Source: Neoechinorhynchus agilis (Eukaryota > Animalia > Acanthocephala). Taken from it: a DNA stretch of 64,000 bases. The first letter of the stretch is position 1. Each line of letters opens with the position of its first letter. The notes under the pieces are model-generated. The model did no database searches. It saw nothing but the letters and a program-made list of their open reading frames with translations, and had not been told where the DNA came from. The position numbers and the translations under genes are program-made. The DNA is taken from contig CM121341.1 in the NCBI GenBank assembly GCA_051530055.1, positions 16,098,784 through 16,162,783 on the forward strand, read 5' to 3'. Below are positions 38,902 through 50,300 of the stretch, piece by piece.

Positions 38902-38985
38902 TGCCAGGAGTGGGGTTCGAACCCACGCATACTTTCGTATATTGGAACTTAAGTCCAACGCCTTAGACCACTCGGCCATCCTGGC
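38902..38985 (-). tRNA. tRNA-Leu (anticodon UAA), long variable arm, no intron
   Basis: GCCAGGATGGCCGAGTGGTCTAAGGCG TTGGA CTTAAGT TCCAA ..GCGTGGGTTCGAACCCCACTCCTGGCA: 7-bp acceptor stem, A box and B box, TTTTT terminator just downstream (38895-38899). Confidence 0.95.
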
Positions 38986-39140
38986 TGTCAAATAAAAGTA
39001 CTTGTAAACTCAAATACTTCGTAATTATATACCAGAATCGGAAAATACTGAATTATTATCACTCTGTAAAGAAAGATTGTATTTTGGGTCGCTTGTCTAC
39101 ACCCGAGAGGGGTGATTAAAGACAAAATTACATTTCGATT

Positions 39141-39714
39141 GAGCAGGTATTGGTCACAAAACACACAACATGATTGTTCGTTATGACTCGGGGACCCGGG
39201 ATCGTCAACCCCGGTCTTGTTGGTTTCATTTAGGCCAACTACAAGTAGTTGGGGGGAAACTTGCTTTGTTCCCTTCCATCGTGTGGACCATTTCAATATA
39301 TCGACTCTTTTAGAAATCGATGGGATTTTCTATTTTCCATGTAGATATCGATATGCATTCGTTGATGACTTTTGCTTCTTTCTATCTTTCACGCAAGACA
39401 CTTATATATTCAAATTCTTCGATGGCCTATAACACAAAAGGACCCCGCCTTTAAATCATATACAGAGAACCGCACACTCAATTAAATTCGACAAGACTGA
39501 CGTTCCCTGTACAGAATATAGAAAATTCAAAAGCGAAGATACACATTAAAATGGCCAACACGATGAAAGGGAACAAAGCAAAAGTTTCCCTCCAATTACC
39601 TACAGTTGGCTTAAATGGGTCCAGATAAGCTGGTCGACGCCTATGGGTTTTACGATTCCTGGTATCCGAGTTGAAACGAACAATCATGTCGTGTGCTTAT
39701 GACCAGTATTTGCC
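39141..39714. repeat. Old foldback element: imperfect inverted arms about 39141-39345 and 39508-39714
   Basis: Shared blocks cacac.acatgattgttcgtt, ttta.gccaact..a.gta.ttgg.gggaaac, ttgctttgttccctt.catcgtgt.g.ccatt. Confidence 0.7.
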
Positions 39715-41296
39715 AATTTTCAGATGGAATTGACAAGCGACTTAAATAACAACATATCCAATTATCTGAATGCCAGGAAGGACAAAGGCTGGAATTTGGC
39801 GAGAGGTGGTGAGTGTGCTTTAAACAGATTGTTTGAATTGTTAAAAATATATTATGTTGGTAAAAAAATTTACATTTAAATAATAACCTAGAAACTAAAT
39901 TTGAACCGTGAATTTATGACTCAAAAATACATATTAAATAGCCAGGCGAAGAAAAGAAATCTACGACTTAATGACTTGTCATTAGATATGTACCAGGTTA
40001 TCAGAAATAGAAATAGAAGTAATTGGCATTGAAAGCTTAAGCGATTTCGTAAGGCAAAAAATGGTTAAAATAGGAAAGGTTTCTTTGAATAGACTTCATT
40101 TAGTGAACGTAGGAATAAATCGCCACCTTAGAAATTGAATTTGAAGTAGAAATGTTTATGGCATTCATATTGTCTTAGATAATAAGATTTGGAATGATTA
40201 GGCTAGTCCACCAGTATCGCTCAAATACAGCTGTAACAGTCGCTGACCCAGAAATAATGGTTAGTGACAAAATCAAATTATTTCAATGGGCATGGGTTGA
40301 GTTTAGAGTTTTAATGAAAAGCAAAATGCGTAAATCCTTAAAAACTTTGCTCGGTTTAAAAAACAGGACTTTGACAGATAAGTTTAACTGTAATATCTGC
40401 AAATTTGATTTAAAAATCTTTAAATAAGGTAAGAAGTTATCAAGATACCACTTAAGACCATGCTTTTTATTTAGAATAATAACGAAACATCGCCAAAATT
40501 TAAAATTTCGCACCTTAAGGTTTTTGATCATATCGTTCAAAATCGTTTAGCGAATTTATTTTAAAATATGCTCATTACACGGAATAGCATGTAAAATGTT
40601 GATATTAAAAAATACAACGTCCTATTTATTTTATGCGATTATCAGGATTTCTCACATATGTATGTGTGTTTGGGCAAGAATCGAATATTCTCCATGCAAT
40701 TTCGGTAAAATTTTATTCGTTAATAATCGTGAACTGCAAGTACCTTTCTCAACATCCAAATGATTTTTACACCAATTACCTCCTTTCTGATGTTGAAACC
40801 GGACAATTTAGTAAGGGTTTCGCTCAATGCAAATCACCGCTCACGCTAAAGACAAAAATTATCAATCAATGAAATCAGCATAACTAAACAACTATGAAAA
40901 CGAGCGGATGCCCTGGTACCATAAAGAAAAAATGGCATATTCTCGGTGGCGAGTTTTAGATTTTACCTGAAGTATAATGCAACTCATATAAGACAGGTTT
41001 ATTTCAAATCAAAAATTAGCGGTAAGACAAACACTGAGAATGTTTCATAACACTTTTTTAAGCAAAATTGGACGTATTTTTTTGGGCATCTAGAAATGCC
41101 GTATAAGTTCAAGTGCGATACGATCTCTAATTTTCGTCCAAACTAAATCTGACGCTCAAAGTGATTATTGACAGGGTGACATGAAACAAAAAATCTTTAT
41201 ACTTCATTATCGCGTCGTCTGAGATAAAGACAACCACATTCATAATCATAATGAGCTTCAAGTATCTTTAAAAACGTAATAATTTTTACATGCACC

Positions 41297-41386
41297 GCGA
41301 GGAAACCTATCCTTATCAATCATTGTTCGTCGTAAACACTTACAAACAATGATTGATAAAGCGAGGTTTCCTCGCGAAATATTTCA
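41297..41386 (+). ncRNA. Hammerhead relic (41345-41386) preceded by an inverted partial copy of itself (41297-41327)
   Basis: UGA UUGAUAA A GCGAGG UUU CCUCGC GAAAUAUU UCA; upstream flank cgtcgtaaacactt.caaacaat shared with 48434-48460. Confidence 0.65.
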
Positions 41387-42159
41387 GAACAATAAAATAA
41401 TTTGTAACCGGGATTATCTTCACCACAAGCCAAAAGTGGAAAATGTAACTTTTAGAAAATAGATCTTGATTTTGAAAGGATTTCACAAATAACAATTTAA
41501 GACTACTAGCTTGTGGTAAACTTTAAATCACAACAACAGGCGGTATACCTTAATATAGGCTCAATTGTCTTTATACAAATAACCATAGTCTATTTTTCGA
41601 CTAATCTACGAGAAATGACGATTAGATGGTAAATCTAAGAAATTCGCCTTTATATTAAAATTCAAATTTTGATTTTTTTAACTGTATTGCGTAAGCATAC
41701 TAAATTCTCGATTCAGGCAAATGCGTATTTATATATGTTAAGGTCAGAGCGCCACAAAAATAAAATTGACTCTTATGCCTTCTTGGGATATGAACATATG
41801 CGCATATAATGAAAAAATACAGTAGTGAGGATACTAAAATGTGGAGTTGCAGTCAAAGCAGCTACTGGGGTGAAAGCAAACTACCAGATGATTTTCAAAT
41901 AGTCGAGTTATCGTAATCGTTTTAAAATAAACGTCAAAGACAATAAAACCCGCTCACAAAAGATCACAACATTTTTTGAAAATACACACGTAAGCGATCA
42001 CACATAAATGGAAACAAACAAGTGCATACTAACAATCACACGATAAAGAAAACACACAAACTCGCGCATATGAACACATGAACGCAACACGAATACTCGT
42101 GAATATACGTTGGCGAATCCTGTCCCCGATGTTATCGATACTCATTTATTTATTTATTT

Positions 42160-42199
42160 GCGAAATATTTCACAAGGTTTTCCTTGCCTCTTCAGTCGC
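42160..42199 (-). ncRNA. Apparently intact minimal type I hammerhead ribozyme
   Basis: GCGA CUGAAGA G GCAAGG AAAA CCUUGU GAAAUAUU UCGC: complete core, 4-bp stem I, 6-bp stem II, palindromic stem III; followed by an (AAAT)n run; lies between 45-bp inverted repeats 42106-42150 and 42226-42270 (40/45 identical). Confidence 0.78.
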
Positions 42200-43430
42200 T
42201 ATTGTTTTGTGAGGATATTGCAATTAATAAATGAGTAACGACAACACCGGGGACAGGATTCACTAACGTACAATCAAATTCACCCCGAGGACAATGATAT
42301 ATGACTCGTGAATATATTAATGCGCATGAACACAAAACTAGCAAACAAAAAACAACGCTTGATATTTGGAAAACTACGCACTTTATTGGCAATTCCTTGA
42401 AATGAAAATGGAATTTACAGATTGTTGTTGTGACATTCTTAACAATCTCACCAGACTGTCTGAATGTACATCTTTATCCGTCGGAGTTTGAACACCGGAG
42501 TGATAATTTTGCTACACACTCAATAAATCATAAACTCCATTAAAAAATGTAATCAAATTCATAGTTGAAAATTGCCAATGAATAATGCTCGGCCTTAGAG
42601 CAAATCGAATATTTCTATCCAACTGAAACTAGGCCGAGTAAACTAAAAGTGCAATCAAAACGAATATTTGAATAATCTACGAAATAAGACCGACATTAAT
42701 CCACAAGCACTTAAATGGTGTATTTAACGAATGTCCGCGAAACGATTCGGTGGAAAGGGAGGTGTCTGCTAAAAAACGAAATAAACAAAAAAGAATATGC
42801 AACATACCGTTTGTAGAGAGAGAACGGATATAATGGCGAAAATTTCATGTGTAGCAAAATGATTTTTAGGTAAGACCATAATCAAAGTGAATCGTAGCCA
42901 CTGATTTAGAACCACTGGACATATCTGGGGAGCAATCCAATTCTAGACGTTCGACTTTAAGCATGAGACATCTTATGTCAAAATTAGAACACACACGGAC
43001 ATCATTATTGATCAAAACTGAAATGTTAAAACGAAAAATATTATATTTAAATTACGTAGATTGCCAATCTAAACGTATCTACTGCACATGTAGCAATAAA
43101 GTTTAAGCAGGTTTAATAAAAGTTACTAAATTTAAAAAAGGCATGGAATTTTTATTAGGCACAAAAAATGTTCGATTATGCGCGTAAAAGGTCTCTTCGT
43201 GAAAACTATTATTCAAAATGATTTGTACATCCATCAGATTCATTGAAAATGTGCCTTTAAATTTGTTTAAACCAATAGAATTTTGAGCTTATTTCTTGGA
43301 AAAGCTATGAACAATACCGAGAACCCCTCGATAAGATTTGCGCACAGTGTTTACTGCTTGGATCGCCGCCACCAGCGCAGTGAAGGATGGGGTGGGATAA
43401 TTCGCACAACCGCGAGTCACGCTCCTTTAT

Positions 43431-45595
43431 CTACAATTTCGGTCTTTTAGGAGGATTGGGTTCGTTCAGTCGTCCGCAGTTTGCCATTCCAACTCTAATG
43501 GCGGGTAAATTGAGCACACGTGATCCAGGTGCAACGCTGGTACTTCCCTGACGAAATGAGCTCAACGAAGGATCTTCCATCCCATCCGGAAGTTGAGATC
43601 ATCTCCCACTGATGTTGTGATCTATACTAAAGTTTGAATAGCTGCGCCGGGAATGGCATTCCACCTGTTGTTCGACCCAAGAAAGGACGTACCCGTCCCC
43701 GTGCTGGGTGTATCGCCTTGAATTGCTGAAACCATCCACGTTTGCGGCTTGAAGTTGAATTTCATGCTCACGGACATTGTTCATAGTCAGCGGCATTACA
43801 CCAGATGCGGGAACTTGTCCGGCTGTTGTCGCAGCTGACACAGTCCCACCGGCACTGGTGTACTCCCCGACAGCAGCTGACGCTTTATTCCGATTTATAC
43901 GTCTTTTGCGGCGTATTGGACTCACGGTCGTACGGTACAGAGGCGTTATTCGACGGTAGTTGGCCTGACGACTCGCTTGTCGAGTGCCCAAATTGTGAAT
44001 TTCACGGTAACTCTTGCCCTTTGCGGACGAACCAACATCGGCAAGGTTCAGTCGCTGCTGCATATCCATACTTTCACGAGAGATCTGAAAGAGACGCGAA
44101 ACTGCCGAAAAGCAGCACATTCACTCACTCGCATACAGAAACGAACACCCTGTTCTTCCGCGCAGATTTATACGTCACAGGTATGGAATCAATGGACGGA
44201 CAAACTCCGGATTTACGAATGCTGTTACATAACAAATTACCCCGGCGGCTACCATTGGACCCATATACCTTTCCCTTTCCTAAAAAAGACTACAAAAAGT
44301 AGAATAATATTTTTAGATTACTATAGGCCGAGTTGTGTCTCATGTATTGCCAAGATATCGCACTCATTCGCCATCAAGTTATTAATGAAAATCGAGCGCG
44401 GCAAATATTTACTGTTTTTTAGTGTTTTTACAACAGCACCTTCAGTGCATTATCTCACACTACTTATTAGTTTGACACAAAACATCCAAAACGTCAATTT
44501 TTCTCCGGACGATCACATTTTGTTATAAAAGAATAACCCCAATTCAGATAAAAATATGATTGGTTGGATATGAACCAATGAGGTGCAAGAACACTCCAAA
44601 AAAAGAAGTTTTCCGCTATTCCCCTTCAGGTAAAGATTTTCCTAAAAAATGCACCTGAAAATAAACAAAAAATCAGCAGCTAAAATAAAACCACTTCGTC
44701 TACGTGTATTTGGATTTTTAGAGTAAATATTTTAATTTAAAATGCCAACAATATATAAGAAGAAAGAGATGGAGCAATGTGATTGCCTGCATGTCTCGGC
44801 GATTGATTCTTCACTTGGATGGGACCTAAATATCCCGTGATCCACGTGAGCGTTCGAAAAGGTCCATCTTTGTGGCAAGACTAGGCTCTCATATCTTTCA
44901 TCGATGAGTGTCTCGGTATTCGTCTTCAATGTGTCTCTTCTACTTATACTCTAACTTGTTTGCAAAACGAAGCGGCGAGAGAGTCACACTCGTGTGATGT
45001 GGTGATGGCGGTGGTGGTGGTGAGTATCTAATACGCACTAGATTTACACGACGGCCGTCAACCTGCGTTGAAGCTTCCTCCGAGTCCTCATTGTGGCACT
45101 GTAGACTGCTGGGAGCGCAAAAGCAATGCTCTCTTTGGAGACAGTCTTTGTGTGTTTGCTGCAAGTTTATACGGCGCGCACTTGCGCGTCGAACTGGTTA
45201 GGCGTGGTGCAATGGAACGGAGTGTGAGAGCGAAAGCGAAGAGTTCTGTGGCTAACGCAGAATCTTATGCAATACGACTTAAGGAACGTTGAAATGAAGG
45301 ATACATAATGCACAGGGTCAATTCCTTCGGAGGAAAACGAGTTCAAGCAAACTTTTGTTTCAACAAGATTTCTAAAGGAAGAAAGGACAAAAGTCGAACG
45401 ATTATTGAAATGAATCAAAGAAAGGTATTCCCGTCTTAAAAGTATCTGTTTCGATACGACGCGCCTCATTCGCGTCTTCGTTGTCTTAAAGGAAATTTTA
45501 AATATGAGACTATTTGAAGCGCCCGTATCGACATTGATGCTTGAGTTATAAATTCCACACATTATTTTTACCGTTGCCGTGTCAATGAATGCCAA
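43431..45595 (-). CDS. Unidentified multi-exon protein, basic and Ser/Thr-rich, possible C-terminal NLS (PPKRPKL)
   Basis: Several minus-strand open segments with GT/AG borders (45595-45167, about 44930-44730, 44120-43431); exon chain not fully resolved. Confidence 0.5.
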
Positions 45596-46409
45596 ATCTG
45601 GAATTATCCCAATGCGGCTACAAAATACGTGTCACATTTCATTGTAGATGGTATGTTGCAAACATAAAAGTACAATTTGGCGAGGAATGCAGAAACCGTA
45701 CGTTTACGTACAAAATTTACATTCTAGCTAAATTTCTTTCTATCAAATTCTTAATAAAATAAGGAATATTCATTAAGTGTGACTTTAGTGTCTTAAATAA
45801 AATGCGTATGCATGGTACGGATAATAAAAACGATTCAATCAACCTAGATTAAAAAACATAGAAAAGGCGAGGCTTGTGTTTTCTCTTAATTAGCTCACTC
45901 CAGCTATTATTGGAGAACGACACAGTCTATCCAGGATCTCATTACAATTCCATTCGAGGAACGATAAAATCGATTTTTTAAATGTTAAACAACACTTTTT
46001 TGGGGCGCAGAGTGAAATTTATGTTTGAAAAACTCATAATTTTCATAAATGCAACATAAAAAAGAAATGGCAAAACCCATTTTGTAAGTAATCGTGCTTT
46101 AAAAGGCACTTTGAAATAAAAACATCGATGATGATGGATTTTGTGACGAAATCAAACAACTAGAACAGGCTTGTTAAAATGGGAAAACCGAAAAAATATT
46201 TCTGTTGCTTCTTTTAATACTATTTGTGATTTTGTTCAAACTTAAAGTTGACGAACTTTGACCTTTACTACCGATCACGAAATTCGGTGTAACGTTCATT
46301 CGTCATAAGGCTAAAAACCCGGTGGTGTATAAATATTGAACTTTTAAGTATCAACTGTATACTTACTGAACATAACCACATGAAAGAGATTGAATATCGC
46401 TATTGAACA

Positions 46410-46710
46410 GTCTTTAAAGAACTTTATACCGTTGCAAAAACAACGAATGATGAAATCGCCTTTTCTTGATTAAAATAACCGAGGCTTGATAAATGCATTT
46501 CTAGCGATTGTCTTATGAATTCTCGAAAAGTAATGTAGAATGCTAGGAGAAATACACACCGTCTTTAAAGCACCTTTTACTGTTGCAAAAATAACAAATG
46601 ATCAATTCGCTTTTTTGTAGTTAAAGTAACCGAGGTTTGATAAATGCATTTCGAGCGATTGTCTTATGAATTCTCGAAAAGTAATGTAGAATGCCTGGAG
46701 AAATGTACAA
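46410..46710. repeat. Tandem dimer of an approximately 151-bp unit
   Basis: ttgataaatgcattt.tagcgattgtcttatgaattctcgaaaagtaatgtagaatgc occurs twice about 150 bp apart, flanks similar. Confidence 0.85.
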
Positions 46711-47375
46711 AACAACATTGTTGTTCTGGGGTCCGAAATAATTGCGTAGTAGGTGGGTATTAGAGCGTGTAAGTTATTAACATCGTCGCACTAATCAAGG
46801 TGCTTACAGAATGTTAGTAATGATTTTTTATTATATGACATTAATTAGACTGTTATATGCGTGCAAATAATTTCAGTTGAAAATTCCATCGTATTGCTCA
46901 GAAGAAAACATTTTATTAGTTAGTAAGCTATTCTCAAGGGCATATTTGTGAGAATTTGATGATCCCTTAAATCAAAAATAGACAAAATTTAGAAGATTGG
47001 CAATCATACGTTTAGCGCTCCAACCATGATTAGTAAGATAAGAGATAAAGACAATCAAAGTTTATAAACTGATATGCATTCAAGGTTCACTACAAACTTT
47101 TAGAGTGACTCTTCTTACCCCCACGTGCGGTTTCTGCTTTATATATTAGATTAATAACACTACACGAGTGTCAACTTTCCAGAATGAATTTCCCGCAACA
47201 AAAACTTAATGATATAGCATATCTAGGGTTCAAGCGACTCCACCTAGATTCTTAATTATATTCTAATGGCTTGACGCCTTAAAAATGATTTAAACTGTAC
47301 CAAGCTTCCTTTGTGCGGAAACCTTCTATGCATCTCAAAAACGCATTGTGCGAACCATGACAATATTTCCTAAAC

Positions 47376-50300
47376 CGATGAAAGCAAAGGTGTAAGCCAA
47401 ACAGTATGAATCATGTCAATGTCGAGAGTAATAGTGCTACTGTCAGAATTATTGAAGAATGCCAATGTTACTTCACCGATCGCATAGAATCTTGCAAGAT
47501 AACTTAAGATCAAATAATGTACAAAAACCTTGAGTTAATTCCAAAAGTTAATAGATAAATAATAAAACTTATGCAAAGTTTTCATTAATTACTGCCTTTT
47601 GTACTATTAGGTAAATTCAATTTTATTTGAAGAGCCTTTAAAAATCAATAAACATTTCATTACTGTGATTGGTTCAGTATAACTAAAGTCAACGAGAACC
47701 ACAAAAAATAACAAATACACAGCAATAAAGCGTGTAGAAAGTTCAGAAAAATATGTGATGACAAGAAGTTTTGGTAAACTTTCATCGGCACATCTTCATT
47801 TGATGGATCGTCTTTTCCCGGATTTGCAAATCCGAAATTTCTGTGTTTATTTATTTGCTTTCCAACTGTCTGAAGATTTTCGTTTAAAGTGACGTTTTCG
47901 TGTTTTGCAGTCCTTTTTGATTCGTCGCATCTTGATTCTCGCCTGGACGTCCAATTGAACAGCCTTTCTAGGTCACCGCAATCAATATACTTAAAATACT
48001 CAGTCGTATCCACTGAAAAAAGAATTGAAAGATCGCCTTCCTCCAGTTCGTATTTTTCCCGATTAAAGGATTTTCGATTGTCGATGATTGACGGCTGATC
48101 TAGGATTTCTTCTACTTTAATCGAGTCAAAGCTACAGGAATATTCTGAATCGTGTTTGTTCATTGATACAATATCGGCAATTTGTTATTAGTAAACTTAA
48201 TTTAGAAGAACACACATCGCCATAGTGACGAATGACGCATCGCCAGATTGCTGGCTATCAAATCGATTTCAGTCTATTTTGAGCGCTTTCTTCATATGGC
48301 GAATTTTATGAACAAGGACGAAACAAAATTAAAGTTCTTGCGGCAAATCCATATATTAAAAGAACCTGACGGATGCTATGGTCAATAGTACCCAAGGGCT
48401 CACATAAAAAAATAATAACTCTAAGGAAACACACGTCGTAAACACTTGCAAACAATATTACTGAAGAGGTAAGCAAAAAGCTTACGAAATATTTTAAAAT
48501 AAATGATCAACAGCAACAACAACCCGGGGGAAAAACATCGCCAAATTCGAATAAAATTCATCCCGATGACAATTCTCTATGACATTTAATATACTTCCAC
48601 TTTCCGTTTTTTTCAGCATTCTCAAATTTTTCGAATGATTAATAAAAACACGCTTTTTTGCGTAAATTTCAAATCTCGTGCGTTATGTAATGGACATTAC
48701 AAGTTTCGCTCAAACAATAAATTAATGCCATGCCGACTTAAAGAGAGTCTGAGAAATCAATTTTCAGGAAAAAGGCAGCTAAAAAATGATCAAACTTTAT
48801 TGAAATTCGTAACATACAAAACGTCAACAACGTGTTTAAGTTCGTTCTTCTGTGTAAGTCTTATTTTTATGCATCGTACCCTTTCATCCAACTCCTCGAG
48901 CTATTTTCGTTGTTTCTGCGCTTTGCTCCTCATTTTCACACCGCGGGGTCGGATTAAATCGTATTTATTGAATTTTTTTCGGACCCCAATGCTTGCAGTT
49001 TTTTGACAATTTTTTAATCATTGAGCAAATAGTACTTCTCACCTATGAAATAGAAACATTGGCAATGTCGGTATGTGAGGTACCGGGGAATGTGATTGCA
49101 ATTATTGTTTAGTAGTCTTCACCCGGTAAATGAATATTTATTAAAGACGGTTCGAATCTCGTCGGGTTCATCATCAGTTTGTTTGTTAGTAATAGACACA
49201 ATAAATAATCATTTACCGAGTGTAGACCAAAACAGTAATTCCAGAAACATCGGCGTTTGGAAAGGCTGCTAGTTCCCTAAAATTTGTAATCCACAAGATT
49301 TTTACATAACAATCGGACAAAAAGAGTTCGAAAAACATCCATACCGCCGCTCTGGATCACTCACCTGCCGTCCTGGTGTAATGGTCGAAAGGACGGATCC
49401 AGCGTTCTCCCGTTGCACAGCCAGGATTTCTTAATAAGATTTTAATCATCGTTTCACTAATAACGTTTTTTGTGTATAGGCTTTTTTTAACATTTCGTCG
49501 TTCTTAGAATTATCTGTCACGGTTTCGTTCATTAATATCGTTTAGCTTAAACCTCACTTCAAGTAGTTTAATTGAATGAGAGCAATGAGATTAAGAATGT
49601 AATTGTTACAATGATATCTCAAACTACTTTATTTTGATAACAACGGAAATATACATTTAACGCGCTACTTAAAGTATCCGTAACACTCGGATGCTATTAA
49701 AACCGTGTTTTGGTCATTGCGAAATAGAGAATAAATGATTTAATTTTAATTTAATATTTCGTCCTATACGTGAGAAATCTTCAGAATCTAGCAAAAGTAG
49801 GACGGCCAAAGTGGTCGAAACCTCAGTTTGGGTTGGTAATCGGGTTAGTTGTATCTGTAACTCCTCGACAATTACACGCAATACTGTTCGACGGTTGTAG
49901 TAACCTTGCTTCCAACTGCTTAATCGGTTAACCCTAAATATTAAGGACCAGTTTTATATCGAAGTTCAGACCGGGTAGACCCTTTCTTCCCTCTGTTTTG
50001 ACATCCCAGTCTTTCCCGTCGTGCACTCTTTCCAAGGAATACCTATTTTGAAAGTCATCATTAAATTTTAGTTTGTCCCTTCTTGTCCGGCTTATTTTTA
50101 GGCATAAAGCCAAACCAATTACACCAGAGAAGTGATATAACCACATAGTCTCTAATGCACGGTTAAAAGTTTGTACATTCCTCCGGATTCTCAGATACCT
50201 CAAAGGCATAAAGCCAAACCAATTACATCAGAGAAATGATATAACCACATAGTCTCTAATGCACGGTTAAAAGTTTGTACATTCCTCCGGATCATCAGAT

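Noticed and set aside
43431-45595. Family guesses (SPATA6-like C2, Enhancer of polycomb, PX domain) for the unidentified gene
   Set aside because: Only a few residues match; not enough without a profile search.
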